Assembly: GCA_030704615.1 (NCBI GenBank)
Contig: CM060734.1
Coordinates: 53,878,001-53,942,000 of the forward strand
Length of the DNA stretch: 64,000 bases
Direction of reading: 5' to 3'
Source: Takakia lepidozioides
Taxonomy: Eukaryota > Plantae > Bryophyta
The notes beneath the pieces are model-generated. The model saw only the letters and a list, made by a program, of their open reading frames with translations. It was not told the origin of the DNA and ran no database searches. Position 1 is the first letter of the stretch. Each line of letters starts with the position of its first letter. Made by a program: the position numbers and the translations under genes. Shown one piece after another: positions 37,632 to 49,053 of the stretch.

Positions 37632-40529
37632 CAAGGGGTCGGGCAAGCCAAAGCGGAAGCGGAACGGTCCGAAAGACGATGATCCTGGTGAGCCCGATGG
37701 GGGCGACGTGTCACCGAAGCGGCCAATCGATGCATGCTTTTGAAAACGAGACCGCTCAAGAACGGGAGGAATCTGAGGACTCGGAGCCCGAGGAATTCCT
37801 GAGAGCTCCGGCAGACCAACAGATGCCTCCCATGCCAGCAACTTTTTGGGAATGATTGTTGACGCAGTTTGGCGGGACGTTGAAAGACGTGTTGAAGGTG
37901 GCTAATGCCACTTCCACTAAGGCAAAGTTTAAGGTGAAGCTTAAGGAACCCGACACCTTCGAGGACGTCCGAAATCAGAAGGCACTCAACACCTGGCTCT
38001 TGGAGCTAGAGCAGTATTTCCGGGCGGCCAAGTTGAGTGACGAGGATCGAGTGGAAGTGGCTCTCACCTATTTGAGGGGCTATGCTCAACAATGGTGGCA
38101 GAAACGCCTTCACAACCGAGGTCCAAACCCGAAAACCTTGAACTGGAGTGGGTTCAAGGAACTGATGAAGAGACAGTTTGTGCCCCTCAACGCGTCCTGG
38201 CTCGCCCGGGACAAGATGAGGAATTTGAAGCAAATGGATGACATTCGGGGATATGTTCAGGCTTTCAATATGCTGTTGGTCGAAGTCGCGGACATGGCAG
38301 AACCAGAAATGGTCTTCAACTTTGTGGCTGGTCTGGCCCTATGGGCCAGGCGGAAGTTGGAAGAGAAGCCACCTAAGACTTTGAACGAAGCAATTGAGAT
38401 GGTTGAATGTTTCTCGGATGTCCCTAGGGGCGAAAGACAAGGCCGTACGGAGCTGAACCACAAGAAGGCCCGGCGGGAGGGTGACTCCTTCTGACCGGAA
38501 AAGAAGTGGGATATGCCACGTGGCGACAATGGCACGTGGAAATCAAAGGGAGGGCCTTCACACGTCAAGGCGGCACCCGGTGCTTCGAAAAGAAAAGCAG
38601 GTGCGGCGGTTTATGGCGGACAGAAGGCGACCTTCGATGGAGTGTGCTTCAATTGCGGGGAGCCCGGGCACATGGCTAAGAAGTGCACGAAACCCCGACA
38701 ATTGAACATGACTCGGGCGGCCAAGGAGCTGTCCAAAGATTCAATCAACCGCTTGGTGGAAGCGGTGGTCGCCAAGACTTGCAAGGTAGGCAACTACTCT
38801 TGTGAGTTGTATCAGGAAACTGGCACCCTGCGTAAAGAGAGTCAGTTATTGTTCGTGAGTGGGATAATTTCCGGAACTAACGTGTCGTTGTTGGTGGACA
38901 CAAGAGCGTCGCACTCCTTCATGACACCGGCAACGGCACGGAAGCTGGGACTCCCGACAAGTGATGTGGGGGCCTCTATTGAGGTGCGTTCTGCTAAAGG
39001 AGAACCACCATTGGCGACGAGGTTGGCGTTCGATGTTCCTCTTCAGCTCGGGAGTTGGGAGGGACGTGAGAACTTCATCATTTGCGAGATCGATGGAGCG
39101 GATCTCATTTTGGGGATGACCTTTTTGAGCAAACCCCGTGGGAGGGCGAATAAACCTGCTATCAGTAAGGGAGTGGGTCGTGGAGGAGTCACACGAGCCC
39201 CAGTTTTTGCTTTACGTAAGACAAGTGAAGGGAGAAGGCGATGGGGAGCCGAGCCCAGATTGGATCAAGGGGATTTTGGAGAAATACCAAGATGTGATGC
39301 TGGAGGATTTACCAAGCGGCTTGCCACCGCGAAGAGGAGTTGACCACAAGATTGAGGTGATACCAGGATCGGAGCCGCCTGCCAAGGCGCCCTATCGGTT
39401 GAGCCACAGAGAGTTGGTCGAGCTGAAGGCTCAGCTCAAGGATCTAATGTCAAAGGGGTACATCCGGCCGAGTAAATCACCCTACGGAGCCCCGGTGCTA
39501 TTCGCAGACAAGAAGGATAGGACGTTGCGGATGTGTGTCGATTACAGGGCTCTGAATAAAGTGACTATCAAGAACCGGTACCCTTTGCCAATGATCGACG
39601 ACCTCTTCGATCGGTTGGCAGAAGCGAAGTATTTCAGCCGGATCGATTTGTGCTCCGGGTATCATCAGATCTGAGTGGCGGAAGGAGATGAGGAGAAGAC
39701 CGCATGCAGGACAAGGTATGGTTCATATGAGTTCTTGGTGATGCCTTTTGGGCTCACCAACGCACCCGCGACCTTTAGCACGCTGATGAACAGCCTTTTT
39801 CAGGAGTGGCTGGATGACCTTGTGATCGTGTACATCGACGATATCTTGGTGTACTCGAAAACAAAGGAGGAGCACCTGGAGCACCTAAAAAGGGTGTTCC
39901 AGAAATTGCGGGAAGGGAAGCTGTATGCCATAGCTTCAAAGTGCGAATTCGGGGTCACAAAAGTGGAGTTCCTGGGGCATGTGATTGCACAGGATGGGAT
40001 CAAAATGGATGACAGAAAGGTGAGGGCGATCTTGGACTGGGAGCCTCCGACTTCGGTCCCGGGAGTGCGATCCTTCCTAAGACTCGCCTCTTATTACCGA
40101 AAGTATGTGAGAAATTTCGCCAAGATCGCCAGGCCGCTGTCAGACCTTCTGTGTAAATCCAAGGTATGGGTATGGAACACCTTTTGTAGCCAAGCTTTTG
40201 CCGAGTTGAAGCAGCGGATGGCGGAAGCTCCAGTCTTGAAAATCCCGGAGTTCGACCGTCCGTTTGAGATTCATACAGATGCGTCGGACTTCGCGATTGG
40301 GGGTGTATTTATGCAAGATGGACGTCCAGTGGCTTACGAAAGTAAGAAACTGAATGAAGTGGAGCGACGGTGGCCAACGCACGAGAAAGAGATGAAGACG
40401 GTGGTGCATTGCCTTGAGCTTTGGCGCCACTATGTTGGTTCCAACCCGGTGAAGGTATTCACGGACAATGTCACGGTGAAGTATTTTGCCACGCAGCCTA
40501 AGTTGTCCCCAAAACAACTTAGGTGGCAA
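37632..40529 (+). pseudogene. gag-PR-RT-RH of chromovirus (stops, frameshifts, deletion)
   Basis: Aligns with the intact 1531-aa [29 protein letters not shown]. Confidence 0.9.
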
Positions 40530-42849
40530 GTGCTTCAACCCCCGCATCTATTGTTGCCACTGCCCCCACCACAGGGGCAGCCCCTCTCGTGTCCCGACCC
40601 CCTGCCCTCAAGGCAAAGGGCCGCGAAACACACCCCTACCAACAGGGAGTCGATGTCCTCATCGACTTGTCCATTTTGTAGAAACGAACATCCAAGTTGT
40701 GGCGTCCCACATCAAGGAGTTTGTTTCCGCACCACGGCGTCCCATGGCAAAGAACCAAACCCCACACTTGACTCTACTCTCCACTAGCTAGTTCGGCCGA
40801 CTTCCTCCAAGTCCCGACAAAGGGTGGAGCCTCTCAAGCTCCTCCCAGTGCACTCTTCTTGGCCTACTCCAAGGCCAAGGAACGATCCTCCACGAGGATC
40901 GAATCGCCTTACTGCAACAACATTGTTTGCGACCGCTCATGATGCCGCTTTTGGCATCACCTTGAGCAAGGATTCACCTTGAACCCTTTTTGACTAGGAA
41001 GATAACCTTAATTAACCATGCGCCCCAATCACTACAATTGGGTCTGCCTTAGAATGCTGGCCTGAGGTACGGGAACACGCCGAAGCCGCACTACGACTTC
41101 GTCCCGAGACTACATGATTATAGTACGTGAACGGAAGCACGTAGCTTCCGCGTTAGCCCGCACTACAAGGCAACCCCCTCGGTAGCGCAGTTATAGTATG
41201 CGTACGCGCCAGGTGCGCACTAGCACGTGAACTCCCAAGGAAGGCGCAAGTTTCCTTGCCCCTTGGATGGGAGTCACCCGATTTCGGCACTACACAAACA
41301 CACGATTAATCCAATTTACCTATTCCACTTTTGTAAGCTAGCATGCATTCTACACACTAGCCAACCATACCATGCATCACCATTCCAAACAAAATAGGAC
41401 GCACAACATTTAGAAACCATTTCATTTATAACAAAAATTTTACAATACAAGTTTTTGCAATCGGATTCCTGAGCTAGCTAAACCGGGCTAAGCATGCATT
41501 TCCTCCCCCACGATCCAAGGTTGATGTCCCCATCAACGTTTCTTCCGCTTTTGAGGTCGCCCTTCAAAAGCTGCAACCGCCTCGGATGCGTTTCCCATTT
41601 CTGAGGCACGCACCCAAGATGCCTCCACATGATGATAGCCCTTCCATTTCACGAGATATTCCGTTTCTCGATTCTTGAACCTTCTCAACTTAAGCATTGT
41701 CTCCACCTCGTACTCAGGTTCATTTTCATGATCCAACAGCACAGGTGGCGGACACAACACTTGATGCCGATTCAGACGCGCTTCATCTTTGAAGTAAGGC
41801 TTAAAAAATGAGACGTGGAATACCGGGTGCACCTTGTTGTTTGCTGGCAGCTCCAATTCATACACGTCCTCATTCATAACCTTCCGGATGCGAAAGGGTC
41901 CTGCATACGGAGGTACGAACTTCGGACTCACTTCCGGAGGTAGTCGGAAATTCTTGATGTTCAATTAGACCTCCATGCCTGCCTCAAACTTAACTTCCAT
42001 CCGCTTCCGATTCGCCTGCCGTTCATACCATTTCCTAGCTTTGGCAATGTTGTACTTTGCGAGCTTCAACAAACGCTCGCGTTCTTCCAGCACCGCTGCT
42101 GCTGCCGGTTCTTCAATGTCCTGGGCCGCCCAACTTGTCGGCACCAGAGGTGCTTTTTCATAGACCAATACGAAAGGGGAAACTCCCGTTGTGGAGTGTT
42201 TTGTGTTATTATAACAGAACTCTGCCGCGTCCAAGTGCTCGACCTAGTCCGATTGGTCTGACGCCACGTAATTTTGCAAGATCTGCTTCACCACGGAATT
42301 CACCCTTTCCGTTTGGCCGTCCGTCGTAGGTCGGAAGGCGGTGCTCATCTTGAGCCTCGTCCCCATTTTCTTCCAGAGTGCCCTCCAAAATTTACTTGTA
42401 AACTTTGGATCGCGGTCTGAGACAATATCCTTCCGGTTTTGTTGGCATGTGGTGGATGTCTTGACATACTCCTCGGCCTCCTCCCTCAGTTTGGGCCAGA
42501 AATACTCTTTCTTCAGGAGTGCCGCGGTGCGTTTGGCTCCGCCGTGGCCCGCAAGCGGGCCATCATGGCATTCTCTCAAGAGACTATCTCTGATCCCTCC
42601 CTTCGGCACATAGAAACGCTTTTGCTTGTACCGGAGCAGTCCATTTTGCAAGTGAAACTATGATTTAACCCCCATCCTTAAGTCTCGCATCACGGACTTC
42701 GCCATCTCATCCTTCTGGTAAGCCTTCCGGATCTTTATTTGGAGCGTCGTCTCGCCCTTGTACACCAACATGAGCTGCTGCTTTCTACTTAAAGCATCGG
42801 CCACCACATTGTCCCGTCCCGGTTTGTACTGGATATCCACGTCAAACAC
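40530..42849 (-). pseudogene. Inverted segment: integrase-chromodomain, 3' UTR, PPT and first ~100 bp of the 3' LTR
   Basis: Minus-strand ORFs 42891-42658, 42651-42244, 42234-41965 and 41964-41533 match the C-terminal half of the intact pol. Confidence 0.9.
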
Positions 42850-43476
42850 CCCTTGAGTGCCCAAGGCACTCAAGGAGGCGGAGGCGCTCACTAGGTGGAG
42901 CCCCGCACACCGGGTTGCGGTGGGGGTGGTTCCACGAGGGGTGGTGGTAGCTTAGTGGGACTTAGTGGGGGTGGCATAGGACTCACCATGGGGCGGAGAC
43001 CTTGTGGTGGGAGTTGTGGGGAGTCTTGGGACTCATCACGGTCCAATGGGGTTGTGGTGGGTGGACCAAGACTCACCGTGACTCATCACCGGGAGTCAAG
43101 GGTCTTCGTGGTGGTTCGCCATAAAATGGCAGGGTTGTTTGTGAAACCCCCGCGGACAGTCACAGAAGTATATATAGGGAGTAGTAACCCCGAGAACGGT
43201 GCAAGCCCGTTGGTGACCAAAAACTAGTGAGTAAGCGAGCGAGTCGGAAAGCGACCAAGGAGTGGGGAGCTATTCCGGTCTGCCGTCTACCAAAGGGAAT
43301 TTCCACTAGGCCCAAATTGGTGGAGGGTCTTTTGGAAGAGTAAAGGGGGACCGTTATGTCCCAGTGAGCAGCCGAAGCTCCGAGTTGGCCCGGCGGCCAG
43401 GTTGGGAGTTAGGCGCGCGCATCAAAGCGAGTAACTATGACTTGAAGGGGAGCTTACCGAAGTGAGGTGCGCGACA
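42850..43476 (+). repeat. Remainder of the 3' LTR of the degenerate chromovirus
   Basis: Matches 36966-37577. Confidence 0.9.
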
Positions 43477-43612
43477 TTTATGGTGTCACTTGACCCCGTA
43501 GGGCTACTGCCTTCCAGCAGGAAGGTGGACACCTTCATGACATACCAGACGATGGTTTGAACCCATAACCACATCCAACAGGGTATGTGCCCATTACCAC
43601 TGGGCTACATGC
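43477..43612 (-). mobile_element. tRNA-derived SINE, split by the chromovirus; tail at 36815-36867
   Basis: Minus strand has an A-box TAGCCCAGTGG and a B-box GGTTCAAACC. It continues across the TSD into ATAAATTACACTTCC...(TA)n. Second copy at 46170-46321. Confidence 0.7.
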
Positions 43613-44229
43613 TAGTTGTCCATGGGGAAAAAAAAGAAAAAATCCACTGCGGGCAGTTTGCAACTTGCCATAACACAATGCCTATTTTTTTTTTTTAAAG
43701 CACAAGGGAACCCATGCTTGATCCCTATCAATAGCGTGTTTGAGCGTGAAATAAAATCATAACCAAGAGCATATGTGTTCCACGCCTGCAACGTCCTCCT
43801 TGAAACTGCATTGAAGCATTGAGACTGTTGTCAACCGCGTCGTTTAAAATATAGCCTATTGGGCTTTTTCTTCTTTGAGGTCAAGCACTCCTGACTTGCT
43901 TTCATCTTGATAGCGATCGGACGTTGAGGTGAGAAACATGCAGGCCATTGCCTACAGTCGTACGATATGCCCCTACATGTTCGAACTTGACGACTGAAAC
44001 CGCACGCCTGAGCGCTTTGGCTTCATGGACGTCGTAGGCTCTTCCATTTGTGGACCATACCAATAGCTGTGTCGGTTTTTCGCAGTTTCTATAACAAATG
44101 GTCTTGATTCTGCACTATCTACATACAACTTGACTCTCCTGGACTCGAAAACTCTCAAACATATATTCTCGCGTTAAATTATGCACCTACACAATCAGAA
44201 ATCGTTTTTTGAACTTGCGTATGGATGAA

Positions 44230-45350
44230 GAGACGACTGTTGCAGAGTTCATGTTTTTGGTTCAAGGGAACTAGCGGAGTTTGGTTAGAGACCTTCTGAC
44301 AATATTGTAGTGGAGCAAATAATAAATGATCTACCGCCTAGTTGTGATGCTTTGTCAGAGTGATTTGAGAAAGACGGTCGGTATATAAATCGCTAGATGT
44401 TTGCAGCTTGAAAAAAGCCGCAATTCAAATCACCACCAAAACCAAGATGAAGAGGCTTTGCTCATGAAGTTTCGCAAGGTCCTGGCAAGTTTCCAAGAGA
44501 CAATGAGACTCACGAGGACGACGGCATTTTTCTGATGGACAAACCTAAACTCAATCGGATTCAACATTTAAGCCTGGCTCTTGTGGCAAGTGTGGATAAG
44601 AGGGCCATTAGGCTTGTGACTGCCCACTCAACAAAGAGAAAAACAAGCAAGTCAATGCCTAGATGATGATCACGAGGAGGGCATCCCTGAAGAAGACCCA
44701 TACAATGTTAGTCAGGAGTTGGAGGCTGCACTTGTAGCCATGGCGCTTGAAACTTATGATGAAACTTGGCTTATAGATTCAGGGGCTAGTAAGCATGTCA
44801 CCTGGGAAACTGACAACTGCTATATCAACTAAAAAATGTTATAGGATCTGGTAGCTGTGTCAGCACTGCCAGTGGGCATACCCATACCATTGAAGGCAAG
44901 AGAGATGTAAAGGTCTCATTTCCAGATGGTGAAATAAAGACCTTAACCAACGTTCTCTATGCCCGGCATCAAGAAAAATCTTCTCTTGGTGGGTGCAATC
45001 ATTGATGAGGGTCTAATATCAATCTTTGACTCTGAATGGTGTTTATTGGTGACGAAAGAGAACAAAACACGGATATTTGCTAGAGGAGTACGAGATCATG
45101 CTATGGGATTGTATCAGCTTCACACACAAAAGCCAGAATTTGAAGTTCTCTCAGTAGTGAATTTGGACGAAGTACTCATGTGGCATCGTCGACTTGGTCA
45201 CTTAAATTTTCTAACTCTTCATAATCTGAGCACTAAAGATCTAGCCGTGGGACTTTCCGAAACTCCATCTTGTCACCCATATCTGTGAATGTTGTAAGTA
45301 TGGTAAACTTCACAGAGAAACATTTCCCAGGAAGAGTCTCTCTCGATCTT
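44230..45350 (+). pseudogene. Degenerate Ty1/Copia gag-protease-GAG-pre-integrase fragment
   Basis: Broken zinc knuckle near 44582, WLIDSGASKHVT, PGIKKNLL, MWHRRLGHLNF. Confidence 0.8.
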
Positions 45351-46169
45351 CTCAAGCCGTGGTACGATGCTCAATTGTTGCGTGAAGAATTGGGATACTC
45401 GTTTCCTCTCATGCAAGTTTTGAGGTAAAGTAAGCATATAGGAATAATGCCCCCAAGTTTGCGTGGGCCCTATCCATTAGAGGATGGTCCAGGAATTAAA
45501 AAGGGGGGATATATAGTAAGCTACACAAGGATTTGAAAAAATAAGTGTTGTGTAAGGGGATAAGAGAAAAGACAGGAGGAAGGTGACAACTATTAAATGG
45601 GGGATGGTCATGCGCCAAATGTCATGTGGTGGTTGCTAGGGGTGACATGCGAGGGAAACCTTCTAGAAGGGTCCCCTACCGCTTGAGGGGGTCGGGCCCA
45701 CCGCCCTCAGAGGGTATATAAAGGAGAAGAAGCGCACTCTCTTCCACTGCCTCTTACTACTTGCGATGGCATCTTACGGATTTTCTGCCGATACCTCTCG
45801 TTCATCTCTCTTGTTTTGGCGAAAAACTGGAAAAAAATGACTCATTTTCTCTTAGCGGGGTGGGAGCCCAAAAAAAAGGGGAACCTTTTCACACAAATTC
45901 ACCAAGAAGAAAAACTTGGTGCTATGCAGAGTGGGCACCTGCTAAGTGTTAGACTGGTATATAGGGTTTGGCCGAGTATCAACCAGGGTATTGAATAACC
46001 GACCCGGCTATTGTAATACTAGGGTTAATACCCGAACCAGCTGGTATTGGCAATTTCAATACTAGGGTTAATAACTGGACTGGCTGGTATTGGCAACACC
46101 CGTCCAATACCCGTATTTTGGGCAAAAACAAGGACTGTACATATGGTATAGATATGAAGAGACCACTAA

Positions 46170-46321
46170 GTTGTAGCCCCGTGGTAATGGGCACATACCA
46201 CCTCAGCAGTGGTTATTGGTTCCGTCCACTGATTGGCGTCACAAAGATGTCCACCTTCCTGCTAGAAGACAGTAGCCCTTCGGGGTCAAGAGACACCATA
46301 AGTTACGCTTCCTATATATAT
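46170..46321 (+). mobile_element. tRNA-derived SINE, second copy
   Basis: GTAGCCCCGTGGTAATGGGCACATACC head, same body as 43477-43612, short (TA)n tail. Confidence 0.65.
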
Positions 46322-49053
46322 GAAATCGGACGGGTGCACATGTCAGGGGTGAGGGCATGTCCAGCCCCAAAGGCCCGCCACTATTCTTCATTTTTTAGCA
46401 CATGTAGGGCGGGCCCGCCCCTATTCTTCATTTTCAATACCAAGACCTCATTGCAGATGCTGGTTTGTTCAGTCTTCTTTTAACTAAGCTTGCTTCACTT
46501 TGCATATTAAAATCTGCAACGTTATTATGTAATGCAAAGTCTGAATTTTGCAACATAGTATTTAATTAATTTGTGAAATCAAATATGCTTCTAAATTGAA
46601 TTAAAGACATATTAATAATTTAGTGGTTATTTTAGCTTGAATTTTAAGTTTTTATATCCGGGTTGATAACCGGCTAGTATTAGATTGGAATACCCATCAT
46701 ATTGATAACCATCCGCAAATCAAAATTCATACTAGTGAGAACTGGCAGATATTAAAATTAAGTGAATCTTCGAATACTATGGAACCGGCTGGCATTGAAA
46801 AATAATTTCTATTCAATACCAAGACCTGGCTGGTATGAGAAAAAGTAATACCCGCCCAACACTGGTTAGTACGAGTGTTGTATTGGTGTGTCCATTTTGG
46901 CATACCAGGTCTTGGCTGTTGGGTCCAACTGATAGGCCCAAGTGTAAATTAGGACTGGCCAAGGTAGGTTATAGGATGGGAACCGGTATTCCCAATTTTG
47001 AGATACCTGCTCCTAGGCATGGGTATGGCAAAAACTCAAATGATATATTGGGGCAGCATGTACAATGGTATGGTATACCCCAACATACATCATACTCCAT
47101 TCAAAGCTGAAAAAAAAAACCAGATTGAGGGCAACATACAAAAGGTAAAAAAAATAATTGCAATCACAAAGCCTACCTATATGCTCAATCTTTTGCGCCT
47201 CCCCCACATCAAAGATCCAGCCGCAAAAACGAAACCCCTCCCATTGCAAACACAACATGGCGCATCCTAACGCCATAACTGCTACCCCTCCTATCTCGAA
47301 ACACTCCCCCCTAAGTATTGTTCGCAATCGCAGTATTGCTCCGCTAGCTACTGTGACTGGTCTGGTATCAGTTTGGGTATGTTTGGAGCCCTAAACCCTA
47401 AGTTCTACACACACCCAGAGTATAGGCTACATGACACACCAGACGGGTTGGTTTTGGCATACCCTCACCTATACCCTTGCACATACCCCGCCCGACTGGC
47501 ACATACTAGTACAACACTAGTTAGTACCTTATTTAGTACCTTATTTAGTGGGCTCTGCACACGCAGGGCCCCAAATAACCCGCAAACATGAACCATAGAT
47601 GTATTATTTAATAGAATAGCTGGCTCAGATGAAATAAGCCCCCTAGGGATAAAACCAGTGTTGGTTGGTTATCATTTTTTTCAAAGCTCACGAGGTTCAG
47701 GTTATACAAGTTGACTCATGCAGTAATAACCTCCGGTTCTAGGTGAAATATGCACATTGAATGAAGGTTATTTGCAGGTTACGGTTATGAAAATTTGAAC
47801 AATATGTGTGGTCAGGTTATTTGCCAACCTGCGGTGATATTTCAAGTGGGGTCTTTGTTATAACCGAAATATAACTTGCCTACCATTGGATATAATTGAA
47901 GTACCCTAGGCAGGCTGCAGAACCTAGGCCTGCAGAACCTATCGCTTAGGTTCAATGTGCCATTTCAACTTCAATGTACATAGTGAAAATAGGACACCAA
48001 AAGAAAACTACTATTTGCCACGAAACCATAGCTATTATAACCGTCCACTTAATAGATCTTGGTTCTATGTCTTCAGATGCTATTCACTTACAGGTTCAGG
48101 GTGTTCCACCGGGTATTTGAGTTGTCCAGTACCGGCAGTGTTCAGTTTCTACTGTTCTCTTTTATGCTCATAACCTCCGGCTATAGTTACCCTTACCCGG
48201 CAAATAACTGTAATTAACCGGGTGGGTCCCGATAACTGCAAGTTAGTGTTCAAATAGTTGATGGTTCTTATGCACTAAAGGAGTGAGCGGTGACTGAAGC
48301 ACTTTAAATGATGAGAAAGACGGATAGTTAGACACCAACCCAGGTGGCGCTGCTGAGACTGTTTTAGACCTAAACAGATTGTAGACCAAGAGAATGCAAC
48401 GTGGAGATGTACAGCAGTAAATACCGTGGACTGTGTGAGAGAATTAGTAACGGGATTGGTCACTTACCCACCGAGTGAAATCTGATTATGAAGCAATGAG
48501 AGACGTGGAAACAGTAGATTTATACTCAATGTGTCACCTGTCTTTGCATAGTCATTGCATAGCGTGAACATGGTGTAGCTCAGTGAGGGATGGCAAAGTG
48601 CAGGTGCTTGGACGTGTGGCCTACACGGGATGGTATCTCGCACAATCATGCCCAAATGAACAGGGAGTCACTTGGGATGAAGCATGTGTTAAGTGAAAGT
48701 CGGGTGTGGCCGCCCATGTCGTTTTCTATTCCCCTGCAGCGGCATGATGCGGTCGCAGTGGACTGATGGGGTGAGTGGCCCTGTTTAGTTCTCGTGGTGG
48801 GAAGAGTAGAGCCCCCCAATTTGACCTTATAAGATCAACGTCGAGAACTCTGGGGATTCTCAATTCATCACTAGCCTTCCATCCAAAACACTAGGGTAAG
48901 TTGGCCTATGACCGAACAGGCGTCTATGACCAATCCTCTATGACTCAACAGTACATCATGGTCAATAGTCTCAGGAAATGGTGGATGATCTGAGTAGCTA
49001 CACAGATCAATGAATGAAGCAAGGCACTCGCATCTTTCCAACAAAACATCCTT

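Larger units (their letters stand above)
36868..43476 (+). mobile_element. Chromoviral Ty3/Gypsy element, degenerate, with internal inversion
   Basis: TGTCGC...GCGACA termini, TSD TTTAT/TTTAT, PBS TGGTATCAGAGC (tRNA-iMet) at 37580. Same family as 54333-61270. Confidence 0.95.

Noticed and set aside
43560-43612. tRNA gene
   Set aside because: A/B boxes are present but no convincing cloverleaf; better explained as a SINE head.
47388-47402. Telomeric repeat (also near 52-61 and 35236-35247)
   Set aside because: Only about two units, embedded in repeats; not an array.
45960-48235. hAT/MITE-like insertions rich in GGTATT or GGTTAT motifs (45960-46865, 47640-48235)
   Set aside because: Likely non-autonomous DNA transposons, but paired TIRs and TSDs could not be established, so they are not called as features.
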